This document shows, piece after piece, positions 1 to 10,706 of a DNA stretch of 29,304 nucleotides; position 1 is the first letter of the stretch; each line of letters opens with the position of its first letter. This stretch comes from Paraspadella gotoi (taxonomy: Eukaryota > Animalia > Chaetognatha), in assembly GCA_051294375.1 (NCBI GenBank), contig CM119267.1:3686272-3715575 (forward strand), written 5' to 3'. The translations under genes were made by a program, and so were the position numbers. Under the pieces are notes generated by a model. That model ran no database searches, was not told where the DNA came from, and saw only the letters and a list, made by a program, of their open reading frames with translations.

Positions 1-40
1 TTTTCGTCTTTATGTTTCTTTCTCTTTTTTGTTGGTTTTT

Positions 41-1400
41 ATCAATGATACCGTGATCTCAGCACTCTCCAAAATTACTTATATTTAATATAATATTTTT
101 ATATTTTATGAAGGTTTTACTATTTAATCTATATTTTTAAATATATGTATTTTTTAAAAATTCTTTTACTCATCATCATATCTAATAACTCATTTTTGGA
201 GGGGGAGGTCAGTGTTGTCTTCTGGAAATAGAGACAAGGTTAGACTACAATCTGTCCTAGTTTACTAATAGATATCACACATCATTCCTGTTAGAAAGCA
301 ATTAATAAAAAATCATAATATCTATGAGGCTGAACCGAAAGGGGTGGGAATGGATCATTTTTTGAGGGGAGACCAAAATATATCATTCGTCCGCTAAAAT
401 CTATAACCCAAGTAAACCGCAACATCAACGTTGACTCCATCGAAAAATTCTTCGTCTTGATTAATCGGTTTTTGTTCCTGNNNNNNNNNNNNNNNNNNNN
501 NNNNNNNNNNNNNNNNNNNNNNNNNNNNNNNNNNNNNNNNNNNNNNNNNNNNNNNNNNNNNNNNNNNNNNNNNNNNNNNNNNNNNNNNNNNNNNNNNNNN
601 NNNNNNNNNNNNNNNNNNNNNNNNNNNNNNNNNNNNNNNNNNNNNNNNNNNNNNNNNNNNNNNNNNNNNNNNNNNNNNNNNNNNNNNNNNNNNNNNNCCA
701 TCCACGAATCATGAATCAAAACACATTATTTCTCTTGACTGTTTCCGTAATTAGTATTTCCAAGGCGTCCTTTCTCCGACTTTCAACTTTCAACTTTCAG
801 CATTTCGCACTTAAACTTTGCAACTTGATTAACTCTTGAGAATAGTCTTTCCTTTTTTTAAACCTTTAACCCTGATCACTCCTTCCCATCCAACTCTTTC
901 TTCCAAATTTACTCTTCACCTCAAATTCTCAAAACTTTGTCAACAAACCGTCGTATCTGACGAGCCCATGCACATTTTTTTATTTGCGGTTCCGACACAA
1001 GATTACTCTTCATATATCATTTATATTTCTCTGGGTCATTTTGAAAATAATACAACAATACAATTGAAACATTCTTTGAGATATTATACAACTTCATTGA
1101 TAGAGAAGCCAGGTTCTCTGGGAGTTAAGAAACGAGATTCTTGATATGATGATATGTGATATGTGATATGTGATATGATCTAAATCAAGGAGAATGTCGC
1201 CAATTTCTGTTAAGCCTCGATAACATTTTCTTTTATTCCTTTATATATTTTAAACTTTTTTTCTTCATTTTTCTTTATTCCCTGGCCCCTCTACATGGTG
1301 TCGACCCCTTGGCAACTCAGTCTCCTTTCCTTCCCTTAATTTTTCCAACTCAATCTTTCCTTCAAGAGATAATCCTCAACAAATCTTTTCACCTGAAGCG
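41..1400. repeat. Direct segmental duplication, copy A (copy B at ~3031-5050)
   Basis: Colinear shared blocks, e.g. GATCTCAGCACT, CTGGAAATAGAGACAAG, CACGAATCATGAATCAAAACACATT, GGTTCCGACACAAGATTACTC, CCTGGCCCCTCT. Both copies are indel-noisy and copy A is bordered by N gaps. Confidence 0.9.
1143..1179. repeat. (GATATGT)n short tandem repeat
   Basis: About 4-5 units. A degenerate version occurs at ~4095-4135. Confidence 0.8.
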
Positions 1401-3030
1401 AACTTACCTCCTTACCTCCCNNNNNNNNNNNNNNNNNNNNNNNNNACGTTGAAATAAAAATATCAATGCAGTAGAGATAAACGTTTACTTTTGTAAATCT
1501 TGGGTGAGTGTCATATCGATATTAAACGAGTTCTCAGTCTGCTCCTCGGGATTCACGCGTGGACGGCCCCCCTTTTCGGCGCGAACCAAGGAACTAAACT
1601 GCGGAAAAAAAGGGAAACGCGATGTGAAGGAAAAGAAGAAAGTAAAAAAAAGAAGAAGCAACCAAAGTTCGATTTAAAGGGGTCAGAAAGAAGAAAATTG
1701 AACCCGACCTCGGCCTATCCACGAGTAAAAGATTGAGATGAGGGGTTGTGAGATACTGTGAGAGGAACCCGCCGAAGAAGAAAGGAGGGAGGGAGAGAGA
1801 TGAGAGACGGAGAAGAAGAGAGAGAGGAGAGGAGAGAGCGAGAGAGGAGAGAGAAGAGAGGAGAGGCGAGAGACGCAGGAGGAGAGAGAAGATGCTGAGG
1901 GAAAATGAGGATTTCAGTAAGAAAGACGTTTTCTCTATCTTAGGCAGTGACATTTCTGCTCTTTAGTGGTGAGAATGCTTGATGGAAGATAAGAAAAGTG
2001 GTTCGTGAATGTTGGCATTGATTTCTAGGCCGGAAATAGGTTCTTCACCCCGGAACGAGACTCCGAAGGAGGACAAATATACCATTGTGTAAGGAGTGAA
2101 GAAAGATATTCAAAGAAGAGGGAAAAAAAACGATAAATGAAAAGGAAGAGAGAGAGAGAGAGTCAGGAGAAGAAGAGAGAGAGAGATGAGGATGGAGAGA
2201 GAGAGAGGAGAGAGATAGATGAGAAAGAGAGGGGACTAACTCATTTCTTTTTTCATCATCGTCGCCCAGATCCTCAATCCAACGAGACTGAAGGGACGTC
2301 GAAACTTTTCAAACGCAGAAATAGAAATTCCAATTAGCGAATCTGGCAGGTTTTTTTGGAGAAGGTGAGTAGAGGGAGAAAGAGAGAGAGGGAGAGACAA
2401 GAGGGAGGGAGAGAGAGAGGGGGAAGGGTGAGAGGAGGAGGGAGGGGTTAAGGGAGAGAGAGGGAGGGGAGGAGAAAGAGGGAGAGAGAGAGAGATGGAA
2501 GAGAGAAACAATTTTGAAAAACAAAAGTGCGAGCTTTTAGGGCTTGTACTTTAACACGAGGGAGGAGAGGGAGGGATGGGAGAGAGGTGGGGAGAAGAGG
2601 AAGGGGAGCCGGGAAGAGGAGAGAGAGAGGAGAGAGGAGAGAGCGAGAGAGAGATGAGAGAGAAATGGCGTTGATTACGAAAGGATTGTCATTCAAAAAA
2701 ACCCTCTCGCGAGAATTCGGAATATTTTTTTATTGTGAAGTTCTTATTTCCGTTTCTTTAAAAATCTGGAAATTCCCTTGAAAAAGTGAAGAAGTGACAT
2801 CGAACTCTTGTCGGTGTTTGTTATTGATCGCTCTCTCTAATACTGTAGAGATGTATTTGGTTCCTGAAAATATTCTCGCAAAGGAGTTTTCATCGAAAAT
2901 GACTTCGAATGATGATAAATGAATCAGAATTTATTCATCTGCAATCTATCACCCAACCGTAGGAAATTATCATTCGGATGTTCTTTTATCATTAGACTTC
3001 CGTCACAATACTTATACATTCTCCAACATA

Positions 3031-3496
3031 ATCAATGAATACCCTTGATCTCAGCACTCCTCCAAATTACTTATTTAATATAATATTCTATTATATTTTA
3101 TTTTGAAGGTTTTACGTGTATTATCTATATTTTTAATAATGTATTTTTTTTAAAAAATTCTTCTTTACTCATCATCATATCTAATAACTCATTTTTTGGA
3201 GGGAGGTCAGTGTTGTCCTTCTGGAAATAGAGACAAGTTAGACTACAAGTCTGTCCTAGTTTACTAATAGAATATCACACATCATTCCTGTTAGAAGCCA
3301 ATTAATAAAAAAATCATAATATCTATTTAGGCTGAAACGAAGGGGTGGAATGATCATTTTTTTGAGGGGCGAGACCCAAAATATATTCATTCGTCCGGCT
3401 AAAATCTATAACCCAAGTAAAACCGCCCACATCAACGTTGACTCCATCGAAAAAAATTATATAACAGTATAGATATAATACAGATATATATGTCCT

Positions 3497-3581
<85 letters not shown>

Positions 3582-5050
3582 CTCTCACCTCCCATCACGA
3601 ATCATGAATCAAAACACATTTTTCTCTTGACTGTTTTCCGTAATTAGATTATTTGCCAAGCGTCCTTTCTCCGACTTTCAACTTTCAACTTTCAGTCTAT
3701 TCTCTTCACCTCCCACCTCTGCTACGGGATCATCTTTTGATAATAGTCTTTCATGCTGTTTAAACCTTTAACCCTTTGATCACTCCTTCCCTCTCCAACT
3801 TCTCTTCTTCCAAATTTACTCTTCACCCTTCAAATTCTCAAAACTTTGTCAACAAACCGTCGTTATCTGACCGAGCCCATCGCGCGCACATTTTTTTTAT
3901 TTGCGGTTCCGACACAAGATTACTCTTCATATATCATTTATATTGTGCGTCTAGGTCATTTATGGTAAAATCAATAATACATACTCAAAAACTAACTTGA
4001 TAACGATTTAACTTTTGAGATATAATACATAACTTCATATGATAGAGAAGCCAGAAGTTTATGCGAGTATATGAACAAGTATGAACATCTCATATGTATA
4101 GATGAGTATCATGTGAGTATGTGATATTGTGATACATCGATCTAAAGTCAAGGAGAATGTCGCTAATTTCTGTAAGCCTCGATAAACATTTTTTCTTTTA
4201 TCTTTATAATTAGACGGTAGGCCGACGAATTTCAAAATTTTAATGAGGTAACAGCATTTAAACTAATCCATTATTGGTATTTATTATTGTGTTAAAATAT
4301 TTTTGGCAAAAATGTTCTCCGAACCATGAGTAATTCGCTAATTAATATTGATATATTATCGCTATATAATGATCAAAAAATTTTTTATTTGGATTAATTT
4401 TAAGTTTTATTTAATTGATTCTGATAGAGCTTTAAAAAGTTAAGCAAAAAATATAATTAACAACTTTTAAAATTTTTATGCTTTCTATTACTAAACCTCT
4501 AGTAAAAACTGCTAAAATCTATCGGTATGATGATGCCATGATGATGATTTTTTAAGGGTTTTTCCCAATTTTAAACCCACTTATTCATCAAAATAGTTGA
4601 AAAAGATTATACTTTTGTGTAGATTACTTTTCATAAGCTATTTGAATACTGCTGTTTAAAAAATACAGAAATTTAAAAAAAATTTTTTAACACTTTCCTA
4701 TCTATAAAAATAAATATTTAAAAAATTAATTACTAATGCTTTCTTAGCAATTTTTGGAGAAAAGTTTGCGTCCATTTGAAAGTTTTCTCAGAACATGTAT
4801 GTAGGTTTCATTTTGGAAAGTTCCCAAAGTGGCGAGGAGACTTTTGACCCAACCCTAACGAAGTTTGAGACTCATATTTATATATTTATAAAACTTTTTT
4901 TCTCATTTTTTCTTATATTCCCTGGCCCCTCTCACATGGTGTTCGACCCCTTGGCAATCCCTTTAATTTTCCAACTCAATCTTTTACCTTCAAGATGATA
5001 ATCCTCAAAAGATCTTTCACTTGGAAGCGAACTGTACCTCCTTCACTCCC
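3031..5050. repeat. Direct segmental duplication, copy B, carrying the extra 4211-4875 insertion
   Basis: Same blocks in the same order as 41-1400. Confidence 0.9.
4211..4875. mobile_element. ~665 bp AT-rich insertion, unclassified, probably a non-autonomous TE
   Basis: Present in the second copy of a duplicated segment but absent from the first. The empty site at ~1235-1250 reads TTCCTTTATATATTTTAAAC, a TA-rich target. No clear TIRs or ORF. Confidence 0.55.
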
Positions 5051-5364
5051 CTCTTACCCACTACCCCCTTCCTCCACCCACCCTACCTCGCCCCACTTAC
5101 TCCACTACCCCCACCTACCACCCATTCTACCTGCCCTCGCTTACCCCACGTACCCCCCCACCTCCACCCCTTCCTACCTACTCCCTTACTCCATACACCC
5201 CAACTCCATAATCCTCTGACCCTCTCATCTTACACCTTCCACTCAAACCCGCCTCCACCCGCTCCAAACTCCTTCACATCAAATCTCAGTTTTTTCAGGT
5301 TCGGTTTTTTCCCCCCTTTCAACTTTGGGCTCTCTTTTCCGAGAGTGTCCCCTTTCTGTTAAAT

Positions 5365-5656
5365 ATTTAACCTAATATTTTTATAATCCTTAACCTTAAT
5401 CGCAAACTGTACCTAATCCTGAACCCTAATCCTGAACCCTTAATCCTTTAATTTTTAATTCTAACCTCTAACCCTTAATACTTGTCACTAATTTAAATCA
5501 CTAACCTTAATCACAAACCAATTCCCTCACCCTAAAATCCTAACCTTAAACTCTAACCTAATCCCTCAACCCTCAACCTAATCATTAATTCCAAAAAATT
5601 AACCCAATTCCGAATTTAAGATAAAACGGGGCGTTCTAAGAAAATAAGGCTCAAAC
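5365..5656. repeat. Dispersed repeat with degenerate (AACCCT/AACCTT/AATCCT)n tract; second member at ~28860-29049
   Basis: Both loci have the hexamer-like tract followed by a shared end: AATTCCGAATTTAAGATAAAACGGGGCGTTCTAAGAAAATAAGGCTCAAA versus AATTCCAAAATTTAAGATGAAATCAGGCGTTTCAGCAAAATAAGCCCAAA. Confidence 0.7.
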
Positions 5657-6098
5657 TTTCGTCGTTCCCGTCAGAATTCCAACGCATGTCAATCCGACTT
5701 CCATGTCAATCCCCCAACCCCGCCTCGACCCGTTCCCACTTCCGCCCACGCTTCCCCCTTCTCTACCCCACTCCGCCCCCTTCTTACCCCACTCTCCCCC
5801 CCTCTTCCCCACCCCCACATCTCCATTTCATCATCGCGACATAAGCTCAAAAGGACTCTCGATCATTTTTCAAAACGAATGGAAAACATGAATCCGTCTC
5901 GTGGATTTTCCCGGTTTTTTTTTCTTTCTTGTTCCCAAACGCGTAACGGTTTTCGCTTTTATTCTTTCTGTGCACTCGATCCTCGAATTCTTGGGTTTTT
6001 CGATTCGACGGAATCCCGGCTTTTTTTTTCCGATGTTAGTTCCTTAATTAACATTTTATTCGCGAAAGAAAAATTTTCTGTCTCTCTCTCTTCTCTCT

Positions 6099-6135
<37 letters not shown>

Positions 6136-6316
6136 ATCTCGATTTTTCTCTCGGAATTTTTCGAATATTTTTTTTGTGAGTTTCTTCTGTACTAATCTCG
6201 TTCACTCGTTGGTTTCGGAAACCCGTTTTCCTTTCTTTCTTTCTTCTTTCTTTCTTTCTTCTTTCTCTTTTTTTTTTTGTCGAGACGGCTGCGAAGCAAT
6301 AATTTCTTTTTTCTTT

Positions 6317-6668
6317 CGGGTCGGTCGGTGGTCGGTCGGTCGTTCGGGTCGGTCGGGTCGGTCGTCGGTCCGTCGGTCGGGTCGGTCGGTCGGTCGTCGG
6401 TCGGTCGGTCGGATCGGTCGTCGGTCGTCGGTCGGGCTCGTTCGGTCGGTCGGGTCGGTCGGTCGGATCGGCTCGGTACGGTCGGTCGGTCGGTGGTCCG
6501 GTCGGTCGTGTCGTCGGTCGGTCGGTCCGGTCGGTCGCGTCGTCGGTCGGTCGGTCGGTTCGTCGTCGTCGGTCGGTCGGCTGGTCGTCGGTCGGTCGGT
6601 CGGTCGGTCGGGTCGGTCGGCCTCGGGTCGGTCGGTCGGTCGGTCGGTCGGGTGGTCGGTCGTCGGTT
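6317..6668. repeat. GC-rich (GGTC)n/(GTC)n compound microsatellite; mirrored at ~20283-20432
   Basis: Directly visible GGTC/GTCG tetramers. Confidence 0.95.
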
Positions 6669-7053
6669 GTAAAAATCATCGAACTCGGAAGTTGTTCTGC
6701 GCCATAGGAAAAAAATTTGTGGTTCTTGGTTGAAGTTAAGTTAAAGTTATTGGGAATCGTATATTTGAGTCAGTCAGTCTATCACGATTTTCAACATTGT
6801 TTGCCATAATTGACTAAAAGTATTCAATCAGTTTGTAACTTTATACTGCATTCGCTCTTGTTTAAGTAAATACGAGTAAATAACCACACAGTCAAACCAA
6901 ATTTATTTCTTTACTTGGTCAATGGTCATCTTCTAACACTAAGAAGCTTGTAACAAAATTACAAATGAATTGGAGATTTCAAATAATAATCGATTTAATT
7001 TATTATCTATGAAACGAAATTTAAACTAAAATGTCTTTTTTTTCCCCCACATT

Positions 7054-7995
7054 TCATTTTCCCGCCGCTAGATCCTCTCTTTTCTCGAATTTCTTCGCCA
7101 ACGAAACGACGACGATGGCGCCAAAGACGAGACCGACGCCGATCGCTTCCATGACCGTCAAACTCTCCCCGTAAAACGCGGCCGACAGGAGAGTCGTTGT
7201 CGGAATGACTCCTGCCACGGCGAGGTTTCCCAAGAGGCCAGCGAGGCCCCGATCGAAGGCCTCCAGTTCGGAGCAGCCGACCTGAATAGTAAGTCGGTAA
7301 ACCGTAGAGACGAAGCCGACGACGGCGACGCCGGCCGACGCCGTTAGTGGCGCCGGAAAGAACGCCGACGGTCCCCCCGCGACGCCGAAACAAACGCCGG
7401 CGACGATGAATCCGCAGAAAGTACGAAGGACTAGGAAATTCGACCAATGATCCTCGGCGATGACGCCGTAAAAATAAGGAAAACCGAGAGTGATGACGCC
7501 ATCCACGATCGCGAGGAGGTAGGCGAGGCCGGGGGCGTTGACCGGCTCGTTGAAGAGAAACGGAGGGTGCGTGACCAGCAGCAGACCGATTAAAGCGGCT
7601 GCGATTCCGACGGCCTCAGCGATGCTGAAGCAGCGACGACGCAGCGCCGCGGTCAGCGCCGGAGAAAAGAGGAATCCGGAGCCGGAAATTGCCGAGAAAG
7701 CGCCGAGCGGCATGAGATCCGTCGCCTTGCGCCAAACCAGCATGTCGGCCTCGGCGATCAGGCCCACGAGGATGTACAGAGTCCAGCGACCAGGCGACGT
7801 CACCGTCCAATTTCGCCAGGCGATGGGAACGAGGGGAAGAACGGACAACGCCTGACCGAGGAAGAGGATGACGAAGCCGACAGCGTTGGAGAGCGGGGAT
7901 GTCGTTCGGAAGATGATGGTGGTGAATCCCTTCAAAACCGTGTAGAGGAGCGAGAAGAGAATGCCTGCGGCAAATCTCTTGACTTCGTTAGACAT
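7054..7995 (-). CDS. EamA/drug-metabolite transporter superfamily protein, SLC35G-like, 313 aa, single coding exon
   Basis: Uninterrupted GC-rich ORF in AT-rich flanks. The likely start is the ATG at 7995 in a Kozak-like context (tccgccATG; MSNEVKRFAAG...). It has about 10 hydrophobic segments in two halves and EamA-type motifs (ATDLMPLGAFSAI, GIAAALIGLLLVTHPPFLF, YGESLTVMEAIGVGLVFGAIVVV). The PxFLF after TM5 is typical of SLC35G-like proteins. Subfamily call is from motif recognition, not a search. Confidence 0.85.
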   Translation of the reverse strand: MSNEVKRFAAGILFSLLYTVLKGFTTIIFRTTSPLSNAVGFVILFLGQALSVLPLVPIAWRNWTVTSPGRWTLYILVGLIAEADMLVWRKATDLMPLGAFSAISGSGFLFSPALTAALRRRCFSIAEAVGIAAALIGLLLVTHPPFLFNEPVNAPGLAYLLAIVDGVITLGFPYFYGVIAEDHWSNFLVLRTFCGFIVAGVCFGVAGGPSAFFPAPLTASAGVAVVGFVSTVYRLTIQVGCSELEAFDRGLAGLLGNLAVAGVIPTTTLLSAAFYGESLTVMEAIGVGLVFGAIVVVSLAKKFEKREDLAAGK

Positions 7996-9686
7996 GGCGG
8001 AGAGGATTTTTTTTTTTAGACCTAAATATTTCCACATTATTAGTTCCAAGAATGATAGTAAAGCATTAATTAATATAAATTAATATAAATTAATATAGTA
8101 AAATAAAACGAAGCAAGTATAAAAATACGTTTTTTTCTGCAGTTTGATTTTTATTGAAACCAAAAAAAAAACAAAAACAAGATTCATATTTTTATTCTTA
8201 AAAATCGAAGTTTGACTGAATTTTCTGAGACAGAAATGAAGAAAAGGAATAAAATTCCGTCAGTCAAGATCCTCACGCAAATGTATTGACTCGATTCTCT
8301 CGTTTCTATTGACTATTGTTTGTGGTCGGGAAAAAGTGTTAAGAAAAATCTAAGCGCTAAAGATTTTGAAGCTAGTGCAGAGTATAATATAGTATTCCTC
8401 GATCTAATACTTTTATTCGATCGATAAGGAAGCCAAGTAATCTGGGAATGAATTAAGAGGAAGGTTCATTCACCTTAACAATGCGTAATCTTTGATGTAT
8501 TAGAGCTAATGCATCGAGAAATACTAAAAATCAATAATCAAAAAAAAAAAAAAAAAAAAAATTAGTTAAATCGCTAAGCACATTTTTTAAAGATTTGTTT
8601 TTCAATCTGGTTGTTAAAAAATTCTAGGTAAGAAGTAAAAGGAAATGTAGAAGAGGAGAGCTAAACAATTAATCTTGTTACTCTGTTGGTTTTTCAGTAA
8701 AATAGATGTTACCATCGATTTAGTTAAATAGAAGGTAAAGAAATTCGATCGACACTGAAGTTGAAGAGTTGCAGCCTAAACGACTGCAATAATATTGATT
8801 TAAAAAATTGATTAGCAATCTTAAAAACATTTGTAAAAATGTAATAGAGATATTTTGATAAACGCGTTCCAGTTAGAAAGAATTTAGGGCTAAATTTTAA
8901 AAACGTTTCATTTTCAAGGAAACAAGTTAAAATTTAAAAATGTTTATTGCATTTTTCTAATTCAGTAATAGAAAATTCATAAAAAATATCAGATGGATAG
9001 GCTTTATTGTTTAACCTGCAACTCTTCAGATAGGTTTCTTATATTCTATATTATAATTGGCGTAGAATGCATCAAATGTTTAAAGTAAATACATTTTCGG
9101 AATCGCCAGGAGGCCTATTTTAAAGTTGATTTGAATGACCCTGTGAAGTTTCTTTTATCTTCACGCCCGTAAATTCTAACGTTTGAAGCGTCGCCCGTTC
9201 AAATATTTCAACGTGAGATTAACGAAGTAAAACGAATAATTATGAGTTTATATTCTTTATTTTGTACTTTATTAAAGGCGAAAAATACTTCTTAAAACTC
9301 GTAGAAATTGAGTTTTCCCGGGCTAGCATTGTTTCCACTTTGCTTCTATAAACGCAACAGATTTGAGCCGTGAGTTTCACAGAGAAGTCAAAGTAACAAA
9401 GATACTGGCCGGGATAATAACCAAATTAAAAGGAAGGACGAGGCATATCTTTGTACAGACCCTTTTTCTTAACGGGAGTCTTGATTGAAAACTTGCAGGG
9501 ACCTGCTTTGTCATTATCTTGTAAGAATGATGGAGGCCTTAAACCACCAAAGCCTGTCCAAAGTCAGGGGCAAGATGGCTTATTTATAGAATGAATGGAT
9601 ATTTTTTTATATTGGTTGGGGCTTAAAATATTCTATCACTCTTTTAAAGTTTAACAAAAAATAAAAAGAGAAAAACGCGCCAATAT

Positions 9687-9905
9687 TTAAAGTCGAAAAA
9701 AAAAGAAGAAAAATCCTCTTCGTTTTCTTTGTCTGCAATAAATTTGGTCCATTTCCTCCTGAGGTTCTGTTCGAGTGGCCGTCGCCAGGGTCGTTGACCT
9801 CTGACCTCTCGACCCCGGGTCACTTTCGACCCTCATTAGCTCATACGGGGACGAGAAGTCGAGTTGACGAGAGAGAAGGAAGAAGACTGAGTCAATATTT
9901 TTCAT
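9687..9905 (-). other. Putative downstream/terminal exon of the same gene (coding status uncertain)
   Basis: GC-rich island preceded by an acceptor-like gatatttatcAG. It is open as MKNIDSVFF...RL if joined in phase 0 to the 11357 donor. It gives an immediate R-stop if the 41-nt exon is included. Confidence 0.35.
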
Positions 9906-10188
9906 CTGATAAATATCACAAATTAAAATGAATTAGCTTCTTTGTCAAGCATTTATTGACTTTATAAACCATGAGAAAAAGTGTAGTATGTAAATGTATA
10001 AATGTGTGAAACAGTGNNNNNNNNNNNNNNNNNNNNNNNNNGTGAAAAAGAGAGAGAGAAGAGAGAGCGATGAGAGAGAGAGAGAGAGAGAGAGAGAGGA
10101 CGAGAGAGAGAGAGAGAGAGAGAGAAAAGGGGCAAGTCGATTGAGCTCGGACTTAAAAAGCCGTAAAAAAGTCGAGCCTCCAAGAAAA

Positions 10189-10235
<47 letters not shown>

Positions 10236-10292
10236 GTTTAGGCTCTAACAAAAAAAGTTTATGATTTTATTCAACACTTTCAAAGTTCGCAC

Positions 10293-10333
10293 CTGCTACT
10301 GTAGCGGTTGTGCCTAAGTGGCGTTTCATCATT
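10293..10333 (-). CDS. Putative 41-nt exon of the same gene
   Basis: Minus strand ttattcttcAG|AATGATGAAACG...AGTAGCAG|GTgcga has strong acceptor and donor sites and sits between (AG)n tracts. It reads NDETPLRHNRYSS in phase 0, compatible with the upstream exon ending RIQ. Confidence 0.45.
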
Positions 10334-10399
10334 CTGAAGAATAACAGGTGGTGATGCCATCAAGGTTCGCATCTCTCTCTCTCTCTCTAAAAAATCTCT

Positions 10400-10430
<31 letters not shown>

Positions 10431-10675
10431 GTTAATCTTTCCAGATCATTTTTTGGTGTTTGGTTTTTCTCTTCCAAACAGCCCACGTTAACCGCTTCGA
10501 AATTTTCACGAAAAAGCAGGATTTCTCAGAAAATTCTCTCTCGCTCGTCTTTTTCGTCTCATACACATAAGTTAAATAGCATAATTTTAACATACAACCT
10601 TATTCTGAAAGTAGTCACTCATAAAATTTTGCCAATTTATTGTTATAATCTCTCTCTCTCTCTCAAAATCTCTCT

Positions 10676-10706
<31 letters not shown>

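Noticed and set aside
291-1030. Possible minus-strand exons (e.g. FFDGVNVDVAVYLGYRF...; QSFENL...)
   Set aside because: Frames disagree between the two noisy copies, and no family or splice structure could be supported. Worth a frameshift-aware BLASTX.
5365-5600. Telomere or interstitial telomeric array
   Set aside because: Too degenerate, mixed unit lengths, and attached to a dispersed-repeat block.
5879-6733. Long ORFs (284, 182 and 131 aa) rich in GRSV/PTDR
   Set aside because: Translations of the (GGTC)n and (CT)n microsatellites, which lack stop codons by composition.
7007-7855. Overlapping ORFs 7007-7447 (-), 7538-7855 (+), 7616-7810 (-)
   Set aside because: Shadow frames of the GC-rich transporter CDS.
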